This document shows positions 52,210 to 61,169 of a DNA stretch of 64,000 nucleotides, piece by piece. The stretch spans positions 2,726 through 66,725 of the forward strand of contig CAMODW010000002.1 in the NCBI GenBank assembly GCA_946611635.1. The letters are read 5' to 3'. The notes under the pieces were generated by a model that did no database searches, was not told the origin of the DNA, and worked only from the letters and a program-made list of their open reading frames with translations. The DNA comes from an uncultured Bacillota bacterium (GTDB lineage Bacteria > Bacillota_I > Bacilli_A > RF39 > UBA660). A program made the translations under genes and the position numbers. Every line of letters begins with the position of its first letter. The first letter of the stretch is position 1.

Positions 52210-53748
52210 ATGCAAAATATTGATGAAATAAAAAATACATTAGATTTTTATGTTAAATCTAATGATTTAAAAAATATAATAATAGATATAGAACATGATT
52301 ATAGTATGGCTGACAAATTGTATGGTGCTATGACATTAGCTATTGCTATTGATTCGGAATTCACTGAAACTGATAATCTTGGAAAAGTATTAAGGATGCT
52401 TTTTTTGGATGCTTTTAATAGAGTGGCTCCTAATTATGATTTTGGTAATCTTAAATTAGGAGAACAATATAAACAAGAACTAAAAGAAGTTAGATTACAA
52501 AAAACCAAGGATTCTTATTTGGTTTATAAGTATAACTTACTTGATACTCTATTATCTAATCTGATAGAAGAACAAGGTGATAAACTTGATGATGAGGAAT
52601 TAGTTAAGGAAGCTGAAAAAATACTATCTTTATTTTATCGTCATGAGAATGTTAGATGTCGTGAGATATTTAAATACTATGAATATAATTATTTCTTAAG
52701 GAAGAAAAAAAGAAGTGGGTATACTAATAGTCGTTGGAATGTTATTACTAATCGAGTAGAAAATGTTTCTGAACATGTTGTTGGAACTTTTGCTTTGGCA
52801 ATGGGTTCAAATTCAGAATTTGATTATTCTGCTTTTATTGATTATTTATTAATAACTATTGTAGCTCATGAAATTGGAGAAGCTATTATTGATGATATTA
52901 CACCTTTTGATGATGTTACTCCAGAGGTAAAGAAAAAGTTAGAACATGATGCGATGAATAAAGTTCTAGGTAATATGCTTAAAAAAAACGAGTTATTATC
53001 GCGTTTATATGAGTTTGATGAAAGAGTTACGGACAGAGCTGTATTAGTTCGTTACCTTGATAAAATTGAAGCTGATTTACAAACTAAAATCTTTCAAGAA
53101 AGAGGTATGTATCTATCTCCTGACACATTAAGAGAAAAGCTTGTCTATAAAGATCCGCTTGCTAGAAGAGCTATAGATAATGGAGCAAAAACAGTCTTTG
53201 ACGTTATGTATGCGATGGATAAAGATATATATACTATTGATGATCGTTTCTTAGAATTTAGAGAAATGTTAGATTTTGTTAAAGAAAATAGTATTCTTCG
53301 GCTTGATAATAAAACCACTAATGAGAAGTTCGATCTTGATGAAAATAATTATAAGGCTTTATTAGAGCAAGTTAATGATATGGTAAACCAATTAGTAGAA
53401 GATAAAAACGTTGAATGTGTTTTTTCTAGGAATTACCATAGCTTTGGTTCGGAAAATCGTGTTCTTGAGGTTGGCGTTGTTTTAAAAGATGGTATTAACT
53501 ATGTATATTATGATTCTATTATGATACAAATTAACTCTCGTTTAGCAGCAATTAATACAACGGATGTTAGTGTTTATTTTTGGCATGATTTTGTTGGTTA
53601 TTATACTGGTCAGTTTACAAGTTTTAATTATGAAGATCGAGTTAATAATGTTTTGGAATCTAAGATACTTTTTGATAGAAATGGAATATTTTCCAAATTA
53701 AAAGAAAATGAAAAAGGAAGAGCTTTGAAAAGATCTTCTAATTATTAG
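52210..53748 (+). CDS. YfbR-like HD-domain (5'-deoxynucleotidase family) protein with extra N- and C-terminal domains
   Basis: Residues ~175-300 align with YfbR: ENVSEH, AHEIGEAIIDDITP (versus HDASEVLTGDLPTP) and VRYLDKIEADL (versus VKQADALCAYL). The metal-binding HD pair is HE in this sequence. Confidence 0.55.
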   Translation: MQNIDEIKNTLDFYVKSNDLKNIIIDIEHDYSMADKLYGAMTLAIAIDSEFTETDNLGKVLRMLFLDAFNRVAPNYDFGNLKLGEQYKQELKEVRLQKTKDSYLVYKYNLLDTLLSNLIEEQGDKLDDEELVKEAEKILSLFYRHENVRCREIFKYYEYNYFLRKKKRSGYTNSRWNVITNRVENVSEHVVGTFALAMGSNSEFDYSAFIDYLLITIVAHEIGEAIIDDITPFDDVTPEVKKKLEHDAMNKVLGNMLKKNELLSRLYEFDERVTDRAVLVRYLDKIEADLQTKIFQERGMYLSPDTLREKLVYKDPLARRAIDNGAKTVFDVMYAMDKDIYTIDDRFLEFREMLDFVKENSILRLDNKTTNEKFDLDENNYKALLEQVNDMVNQLVEDKNVECVFSRNYHSFGSENRVLEVGVVLKDGINYVYYDSIMIQINSRLAAINTTDVSVYFWHDFVGYYTGQFTSFNYEDRVNNVLESKILFDRNGIFSKLKENEKGRALKRSSNY

Positions 53749-53751
53749 AGT

Positions 53752-53790
53752 AAAGAAAAAAAGATGATTATTCATCTTTTTTCTTTGCGG
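53752..53790. terminator. bidirectional terminator between convergent genes
   Basis: AAAAAAGATGA-ttat-TCATCTTTTTT, flanked by A-runs and T-runs. Confidence 0.55.
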
Positions 53791-56700
53791 TAAGTTTTAG
53801 AATTGGTTCATCTTCGCCCGAATCTATTATTTCACTACTTTCGACATCGATGATTTCTCTATCGATTATTTTTTTACATTCATTTCTGATTGATTCTATT
53901 CTTTCGGCGCTAAGGCTTGTTTCACTTAAGCTTTCTAATATTTGTAAAGTTTCTGTTATATTACTGGTCCAAATATTTGCGAATATTTCTAACATTTTTT
54001 TGTCTATTGTTAAACTTGCATTTTGGGTTTTTAAAGCGCTGTTTATTGTAACTCCATTATTAATAGATGGTAATAATACGCCTTGATATAAAACTAATTT
54101 ATCTTTTATTATTGTGTGGTTAGTTTTTGCTAAAATTAGCATATTTATTTGACCGCTTATTAGTGAAATGCTTTTTTCAAGGTTTTCAATTTTTTCTCTT
54201 AATACTTTTTTATAAGAAGCTAATTCTGATTCGTCTATTGCTGGGTCGCCTTTTGATTCTAGTACGATAGTTCCTTGCTCTAAACCTTCTAAATATTCTA
54301 ATGCCTTTTGGTGGTATTCTTCTAACTTTAGCTTATACCTTATCATATAGTTTTCAATTTCTTCAAATCTTATTGCTTCTATATCAAGTTCTTGAATTAA
54401 AGTAGTTGAAATTGAATTTAAATCTCTTAATGTTTGCTCGTTAACTACAATTTCTTTTTTTACTGGTTCTTCTTTTTTCCAAATGGAGAATAAAGAAAAT
54501 CCTTTTTTCTTTGGTTGTTCTTGTGCAACATAAATATTATCTATTATTTTTTGTATTTTCTCAGTTGCTTCATTAATGCCACTATTAATAATAACATTTG
54601 GATATTCGCTTTGAATAAAGGAACTGTGAATTGTTAAGGGATAGGAATAATTGGAAAGGGAAACGAAATCTATATTTTTTAATTCTTCTACTTTTAAAGA
54701 ATCCAACATATTTATTCTTTGGGAAATTGTTAAAGACCTTTCATAGTCTGCTCCCGTTTTTATTTCTATGATTAATTCGTTTAAAGGGATGCTTAAACTT
54801 TTAGCAAAATTTATAAAAGTTTCTGAGCTTATTATTTTTAATAATAATTCGTTTAAGCTATTGCTATTATATTTTTGAAGAAGAGAATAAATTTCTGGTA
54901 TTTTCTTACTACTTACTAAATCTTTGCTTTTTACCTTAAAATATTCGATAATTACTCTTCTATTTATTCCTCTTTTTATAATAAAGTTGAAATTACTTTC
55001 GCTGCTTTTATTTTCAAAAAAAGCTAGTAATAATGATACTATTTCTAGATTTTCTCCTTGTAAATCTTTTGAGTAGGTATCATAGAAGTTTATTGCTGTT
55101 ATTATTGTTTTATAGTAGTTATTGCTTATTCCTTTTAATTCTGTACTTATTTTTTCAGTAAGTTCTTCTCTTTTCATTGCCTCAAAATATTCATTTTTAG
55201 CTTCACCACTGAAAAATTTCGATGCATCAAAGCCAATGTCAAAGAATAGCTTATTTAAAAAGACTGAACTATGTATATCTTTATTGAATGCATTAAAGAA
55301 TATATCTAAGACATGTATGTCTTGCTTTTTAATATCTTTATTAAAACCACCATAGATATAATCATTGAAATATTCGATTAGAATATCAATATCTAAGTCA
55401 TATCCTTTAGTTTTATAGAATTTGCTGTTATAATTTCCATTAACTATTTTAGATATTTCGATTTCTTTTAAACCTAAATCTTCTAAATATTTGTTTAATC
55501 TATAATCATCTATGGAAAACAATGCTCCGATTATTGCTAATACACGGCAGTTGTTTATTCCATGAGTATATACTATATTGCTATTAAGATAGTTTTTAAA
55601 TATAATTGATAGATTAGTTAAAAATTGGATATTTTCTATAGGGAAGTCTTTGAAATAGTCTTCGAATTTTTTCCTATTATTCTCCATTATGGTATTTGTT
55701 GCGAAATCTAATAATTGTTTAGAAAAATTTTTTCCTAGTTTTTCTCTTCGGTTAATTTCTTCAAATATATCTTCCATAATAGTAGATTTATTGAAGTCTC
55801 TATCACATATATTAACTATTATGTCCCATATAGTTATTTGATTCTTTTGTTTATTTTGGTTTGTTCCATTTACAAAATATCTTTTAAACCTTTCAAGTAA
55901 TACTGATTTATCTATTTTTATTTTATTTATTTCTTCATAATTTATGTTAAGTCCTAGTAATTCCATTACTTTTTCGAAGCTAACACCTTTACTTTCGTAA
56001 AATTTATCGATTGTTGAATTATAGAAGTGGGCAGCTATATAAATTGCTAATGTATCTTCATCATCATATCCTTTTATTAGTTCAGTGTTATAATTTTCAT
56101 CTTTTGTTTTTGTTACTAATAGTTGGTATGTTTTACAACAAAACTCGATAAACTCTTTAGTATCTTTCTGGGCTTCTTTGAAAAGTTCTTCATAATCTTT
56201 TTCTACTTTTTCTTTTGAATCAAAAGAGCTACTATAGATTTTATTTTCTAAGTTTAAAACATCTAATGTTTTATCTAAAGTATTTAATAATGCTTCAATA
56301 GCGACTGAATGGGTAAAGTTTCGGTTAATAGCGTTATTTAATATATCTAATATGGTTATGCTTTCTTCTTTTTTATTTTTGTTAATGCCGTCTTTAATAT
56401 AATTTAAATAGTATTCTTGAATTGATCCTTGGATACTGCCTACCTTATTTAACTCGTTTTCAATATATGAAGGTTTTATTAATTTTTCTATACTTTCATA
56501 AGTTAGTCCTTCTTTATTAAGACATTCTTCGATTATGTTTTTACTTGGGCCGTCATATAAATAGATTGCTAAAAGTAGAGAAATCGGAATTAAATAATCC
56601 TCGTTATTTTTTAAAAAATCATTTTCCTCTATTTCTTTTTTGGTTAAACCTATTTTTAATACTCTTCGTATTTTAGCGGCTGTTTGTATGTAACGAATGA

Positions 56701-57262
56701 CATTGTATGGTAATTTGCCATATATTGTTTTTTCTAATTCTATTTTAAATGCTCTACTGACTTCTTCGGCATATGAATCTATGTCTATACGTATTTTATT
56801 GCTGCCAAAATAACTGTTATAGAAATCATCCGGATTCTTATTAGAATTTTCTTTTGTTATTTCTTTATCTCTTATTGATATAGCTTTTTGAAGTATATCT
56901 ATTGGTAATAAAGTTTTATATAAAGATTCATCGTAATAGAAATCAAATAATCTTATATTGGCGTTAAAAACTTCTTCTTTTAATGAATCGGCCATTGATG
57001 GTTTTTCTGTTACAAAGCTTTTTTTGTAACCTCTTTGTATTAGAAAGTCCTTATATTTGGTATTGTCTAAAGCGATAATACAACTTGCAACCATTTTTGT
57101 ATAATTGTCTCTATAGTATTCTTTTATATCCTCTTTATCACGTACTATATTTTCTTTATTAATAAAATAATAAAGATTAGATAGAACATTTTTTACATAT
57201 TCTTTTGTTTCTTCAGGAACTAAGCGCATAAATTCGTTATAACTTATTGTCATATAAATCAC
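53768..57262 (-). CDS. giant hypothetical protein (1164 aa) with ~8 tandem Clp_N-like helical repeats and C-terminal coiled coil
   Basis: Eight repeat segments about 70-80 aa apart have the hLLAhh....h...L...G pattern of Clp N-terminal repeats, for example ISLLLAIYLYDG...LNKEGL, TLAIYIAAHFYNS...ESKGV, CRVLAIIGALFSI...LEDLGL and EIVSLLLAFFENK...IKRGIN. Confidence 0.45.
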   Translation of the reverse strand: MIYMTISYNEFMRLVPEETKEYVKNVLSNLYYFINKENIVRDKEDIKEYYRDNYTKMVASCIIALDNTKYKDFLIQRGYKKSFVTEKPSMADSLKEEVFNANIRLFDFYYDESLYKTLLPIDILQKAISIRDKEITKENSNKNPDDFYNSYFGSNKIRIDIDSYAEEVSRAFKIELEKTIYGKLPYNVIRYIQTAAKIRRVLKIGLTKKEIEENDFLKNNEDYLIPISLLLAIYLYDGPSKNIIEECLNKEGLTYESIEKLIKPSYIENELNKVGSIQGSIQEYYLNYIKDGINKNKKEESITILDILNNAINRNFTHSVAIEALLNTLDKTLDVLNLENKIYSSSFDSKEKVEKDYEELFKEAQKDTKEFIEFCCKTYQLLVTKTKDENYNTELIKGYDDEDTLAIYIAAHFYNSTIDKFYESKGVSFEKVMELLGLNINYEEINKIKIDKSVLLERFKRYFVNGTNQNKQKNQITIWDIIVNICDRDFNKSTIMEDIFEEINRREKLGKNFSKQLLDFATNTIMENNRKKFEDYFKDFPIENIQFLTNLSIIFKNYLNSNIVYTHGINNCRVLAIIGALFSIDDYRLNKYLEDLGLKEIEISKIVNGNYNSKFYKTKGYDLDIDILIEYFNDYIYGGFNKDIKKQDIHVLDIFFNAFNKDIHSSVFLNKLFFDIGFDASKFFSGEAKNEYFEAMKREELTEKISTELKGISNNYYKTIITAINFYDTYSKDLQGENLEIVSLLLAFFENKSSESNFNFIIKRGINRRVIIEYFKVKSKDLVSSKKIPEIYSLLQKYNSNSLNELLLKIISSETFINFAKSLSIPLNELIIEIKTGADYERSLTISQRINMLDSLKVEELKNIDFVSLSNYSYPLTIHSSFIQSEYPNVIINSGINEATEKIQKIIDNIYVAQEQPKKKGFSLFSIWKKEEPVKKEIVVNEQTLRDLNSISTTLIQELDIEAIRFEEIENYMIRYKLKLEEYHQKALEYLEGLEQGTIVLESKGDPAIDESELASYKKVLREKIENLEKSISLISGQINMLILAKTNHTIIKDKLVLYQGVLLPSINNGVTINSALKTQNASLTIDKKMLEIFANIWTSNITETLQILESLSETSLSAERIESIRNECKKIIDREIIDVESSEIIDSGEDEPILKLTAKKKDE

Positions 57263-57359
57263 CCATTATTATGTTAATTGTTTTAAAATAATTGTTATTT
57301 TGCTTTCGCGATGATTATAGCATATTTTTTATAAATATAAAAATATTACTATAGTTATA

Positions 57360-58028
57360 TTATTTGTAATTAGCATTCCATTCTTTGATATATTCGTCTA
57401 TAAATGTTTTTATAAATTTTACTCTTTTTTTGGCTAGTTCTTTTGCTGTTTTGGTATTCATATTATCCCCAAGTTTTAGTAATTTGTTATTTAAAAAATG
57501 AATATTACTTACATCTTTTAGTTTTTCTTCATATCCTTTATATTTTTCTAAAGGAATTTGATCATTATAATAATCTTGATTATTTAGTGCTGCATAACCG
57601 AATGATCGCCCTATTCTTATTGCCCCTATGGCATCTAAGTTATCAGCATCTTGAACTATGAGAGTGTTAATATCACTTACGTTGTTGTTATTCCAATTAT
57701 AGTCTTCATGATGTTCTATACAAAATAATATTTTTTCTATTTGTTCTTTTGATAACTTTATTTTAGCTTCTTTTATTATTTCTTTAACTGTTGGAAGAGA
57801 TTCTTTTGGAGTTATATATTCTTGTTTTTCTGCTTGTAATAGTCTATGTATATCATGTAAATAACTTGCTATACCTATAATTATTCTGTCTCCTCCTTCT
57901 TTTGATTGAAGAAATAAAGCTGTTTTCATTGTTCTTTTGAAATGATTAATATCATGGCCGCCAGTTTTATTATTTATACATAACTTTTCAATTATGGGAT
58001 TTAGTTTATTTATATATTCTTCTAACAT
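57360..58028 (-). CDS. YpgQ-like HD-domain phosphohydrolase
   Basis: GHDINHFKR, LHDIHR, VQDADNLDAIGAIRIGRSFGY, LLKLGDNMNT and FIDEYIKEWNA are near-collinear with B. subtilis YpgQ. Confidence 0.8.
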   Translation of the reverse strand: MLEEYINKLNPIIEKLCINNKTGGHDINHFKRTMKTALFLQSKEGGDRIIIGIASYLHDIHRLLQAEKQEYITPKESLPTVKEIIKEAKIKLSKEQIEKILFCIEHHEDYNWNNNNVSDINTLIVQDADNLDAIGAIRIGRSFGYAALNNQDYYNDQIPLEKYKGYEEKLKDVSNIHFLNNKLLKLGDNMNTKTAKELAKKRVKFIKTFIDEYIKEWNANYK

Positions 58029-58044
58029 AGATTCACTCTTTTCT

Positions 58045-59106
58045 TTATTGTTTATTTAGATTTATTTTATAGTTATTAAAATCAATATCATCTTGTTTAA
58101 GTATTATTGCAAATAATTCTTTTAAGGAACTTATATTTGAATTGTTGATGCATTTTAAGAATATATTACCAAATTCATCTTGTCTGTTAAAATCAAAATC
58201 TAGTATGTTTGGGGATTCTTCTTTTATTAGCATATATAGATATCTTATTTTTTCTAATAATACGTAATAGTAGTACTTGTAATAGAATGTTCCTATGGAT
58301 GATTGGACTCTTTCAATGGCATTTTTAATAATTACTATTTTGTGTTTAAGATTTTCTCTTGGAGCAAATTCCCTTTCTTCTTTATTTTGATAATTTTCAT
58401 TTCTATTTAATTTTTGAATATAAGGATCATTGATGTTTTCTTTTTCTATAGCACGTTTCATCATGTTTAGATATTCCCTATTTGGAATACGCTCTATACA
58501 ATAATTTTTTCTTTTTATCTCGTTTTCGATTAGTTCAAAAAATTTAAAAACAGGCATGCTATCGAAACTATTTTCATCAGAATCAAATCTACGGATAGAT
58601 TCTATTAGGTTATAATAGATATATGATTTTACATTGGGGTTTTTATTGCTAGTATTTTGATACTTATAATACCATTCTAATGCTAAATTATTATTTCGAT
58701 GACTACTTTTTTTGTTTCTTTTTCTGGTTGGTCTCATTTTTAATTGTTCAATTATATCATCTATTATATATGTATCATCATTTCTGTATATAATTTCACC
58801 TGTTGTTAGAATTGAGTATAAAGATCTATCTAAATTTTTTTGTATATCATCTGGGGATATCTTGTTTATTTCTGCTACAGGAATAGTATGATATTCTAAC
58901 AATAGGTTATCAAGTTGTATTCTTCCTATTATTTGATGAGTTCCATATGTTGTAATAAATAAATCTAAGTCAGAATCATCTTTATTAGTTCCTGTAACTC
59001 TGCTTCCATATATTATTATAGTTGATATATTATTTTTTCCTAACGTTTTTTCTATAACTGAAATTATTTTGTTTTTTAATTGATTTAGCATTTTTTTCAC
59101 CTGCAA
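58045..59106 (-). CDS. Pol-beta superfamily nucleotidyltransferase domain protein (353 aa)
   Basis: IIYGSRVTGTNKDDSDLDLFITT contains the GS...DxD minimal-nucleotidyltransferase motif, as in KNTase/ANT-like enzymes. The C-terminal 220 aa are unknown. Confidence 0.6.
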   Translation of the reverse strand: MQVKKMLNQLKNKIISVIEKTLGKNNISTIIIYGSRVTGTNKDDSDLDLFITTYGTHQIIGRIQLDNLLLEYHTIPVAEINKISPDDIQKNLDRSLYSILTTGEIIYRNDDTYIIDDIIEQLKMRPTRKRNKKSSHRNNNLALEWYYKYQNTSNKNPNVKSYIYYNLIESIRRFDSDENSFDSMPVFKFFELIENEIKRKNYCIERIPNREYLNMMKRAIEKENINDPYIQKLNRNENYQNKEEREFAPRENLKHKIVIIKNAIERVQSSIGTFYYKYYYYVLLEKIRYLYMLIKEESPNILDFDFNRQDEFGNIFLKCINNSNISSLKELFAIILKQDDIDFNNYKINLNKQ

Positions 59107-59146
59107 TCATTCTATCATAAAAAGACTGGATTGCTCCAGTCTTGTA

Positions 59147-59818
59147 TTAATAATCTTCGTAATAGTTTAATATTTTATCTATTGTTCCGTCTTTTTCTGC
59201 TTGATCCCAAGCTTCTTTATATATTTTACGTGTATACTCTTTGTTTAAATAATCTTTTTGATATTTATCTCTTCTTTCTACTAAAATTGGGTTATTAGTC
59301 CATAGATTAAATACTCCAGATTTATTTATTCTTCCACATATATAGTTATAACATCTTTCAAAGTGAGCGTCGAAAGTTCTTATGTCTGGATAATTTTTTA
59401 ATGTTGTATTAATTTGTCTTTTAGCTAATGTTGGAATGTCAAAATCTCTATCGGAGTCGGATATACATTCACCATAGAAATTTCTTGGCCTTGTTTTTCT
59501 CGAACCTCGATGATCTTCTACTGCTTCTTTCATGATGTTTATTTCTTCTTTTGTAAAATACTTTTGTAATTCTTTATCTTCTGCAAGTATTTTTCCTGAT
59601 GCTAATTCGTGATTATCTCTATCTACGCTTAATCCTGAATCATGGTAACAGGCAATAACATATGCCATATTACGATTTAGATTATAATAATCAGCAAGCA
59701 TCATCATGTTGTTTATCACATTATTTATATGTAACATGCCGTGAGCATAGAATTTATCATATTTTGGGAATATGTTTATTCTTATATAATCTTTTAATTC
59801 TTTGTTTACTTCATTCAT
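59147..59818 (-). CDS. YedJ-like HD-domain phosphohydrolase
   Basis: HGMLHINNV...VIACYHDSG and ISDSDRDFD align with E. coli YedJ HD motifs. Confidence 0.7.
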   Translation of the reverse strand: MNEVNKELKDYIRINIFPKYDKFYAHGMLHINNVINNMMMLADYYNLNRNMAYVIACYHDSGLSVDRDNHELASGKILAEDKELQKYFTKEEINIMKEAVEDHRGSRKTRPRNFYGECISDSDRDFDIPTLAKRQINTTLKNYPDIRTFDAHFERCYNYICGRINKSGVFNLWTNNPILVERRDKYQKDYLNKEYTRKIYKEAWDQAEKDGTIDKILNYYEDY

Positions 59819-59838
59819 TTTATGTCACCTTTTAATTG

Positions 59839-61146
59839 TTAGTTACTTAGAAAACTAATTAATATATTATATATTTTCTCCCATGAACTTATATAAGTTA
59901 TTTCATTTATTGTATGTATGTTGTCCATATTAGCACCGATAGTAATTATATCTATATTGTTCATATGGTTTTGTATTGTTGCTATTTCTAAACCACCTTG
60001 AGCTGTACTTTCTTTAGGATATTCTTTGTATAATTTATAATATGTTTCTTTATATTTTTGATATAATTTTGATTCTTTGTTTAGTATCCAAATAGGATCT
60101 TTATATAATATAGTTATTTTAAATTTGTTATTTAAAGCTTCAACTTTTTTTTGAATTGTTTCTAATTCATTATCTTTGGTACTTCTAATTAAATACTTTA
60201 TTTTTATGTTATTATCTGTTGTTTTTATTTCACCTAGATTTGCTGAAGCGGAGTTAGTTAAATAACCACTTTTCAAATCTATTATCTCTTTTATTATACT
60301 ATTAGATTCTTCTAATGAAAATGATTCTTTATTATTAATTTGTTCTAGTATTATATTTTTATTTGTAATTATTCTTTTTAAATCTATATTTGTTTGAATA
60401 ATTGCTTCACATTTTGTGGCTATATCGTTTTCAAATGTTCCTCCATTTATACTGCTTATGTATATTTCTTTATTTAACAGCTCTCTTGATAATTGAATTA
60501 TTGCATTATTAGCTGATATATCAATATTATTACCTGAATTCCCGCCAGGAATATTATCAATAGTTAATTTGTAACTAGGAATATCTCTTGTTTCTAGATT
60601 TCCGGTATAAGATAATTCGCTTACTATGTCTCCGGCTGAGTTTATTACTAAAGCATCATCTTTATCACTATCTAGATTTATTATTTTTTTGCTATCAATT
60701 TTTTCATAAGGAAATGTTTCAGCGCCTTTAAATGTAGTTTCTTCTTCGACAGTAAATATGAATTCTAAATTAGGATGTTTTATTTCTTTAGATTCTATTA
60801 AAGTTAACATTATAGACAAACCAAAGCCTTGGTCGGCACCAAGAGAGGTGTCTTTGGCATATATTTTATCTTCTTTAATAATTACTTCTATAGGATCGGT
60901 ATCAAAATTATGACTGCTTCCTTCTTTTTTTACACATACCATATCTAGATGGGCTTGAAATGCAATACTATCTCCGGCTATATTTCCTTCTTTTTTTATT
61001 AGTAGGTTATAATTTTTGTCTTGGAAATAGTGTAAGTTGTTTTCTTTAGCGATTTTAACAAAGAAATCTGATATTTGTTTTTCGTTTCCTGACTTTCTTG
61101 GTATCTTTGAAATTCTTAAAAAGTTATTTAATAATTTTTCTTGCAT
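59839..61146 (-). CDS. pepD: M20-family aminoacyl-histidine dipeptidase (PepD-like)
   Basis: N-terminus LRISKIPRKSGNE, AFQAHLDMV metal-binding motif. Confidence 0.65.
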   Translation of the reverse strand: MQEKLLNNFLRISKIPRKSGNEKQISDFFVKIAKENNLHYFQDKNYNLLIKKEGNIAGDSIAFQAHLDMVCVKKEGSSHNFDTDPIEVIIKEDKIYAKDTSLGADQGFGLSIMLTLIESKEIKHPNLEFIFTVEEETTFKGAETFPYEKIDSKKIINLDSDKDDALVINSAGDIVSELSYTGNLETRDIPSYKLTIDNIPGGNSGNNIDISANNAIIQLSRELLNKEIYISSINGGTFENDIATKCEAIIQTNIDLKRIITNKNIILEQINNKESFSLEESNSIIKEIIDLKSGYLTNSASANLGEIKTTDNNIKIKYLIRSTKDNELETIQKKVEALNNKFKITILYKDPIWILNKESKLYQKYKETYYKLYKEYPKESTAQGGLEIATIQNHMNNIDIITIGANMDNIHTINEITYISSWEKIYNILISFLSN

Positions 61147-61169
61147 TTATTATTTCTCCTTAAAAAAAT

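Noticed and set aside
58045-59106. Calling the nucleotidyltransferase an aminoglycoside/lincosamide resistance ANT
   Set aside because: Only the generic GS...DxD minimal-nucleotidyltransferase motif is shared. The 220-aa C-terminal region does not resemble KNTase/Lnu substrate domains by eye. Left generic.
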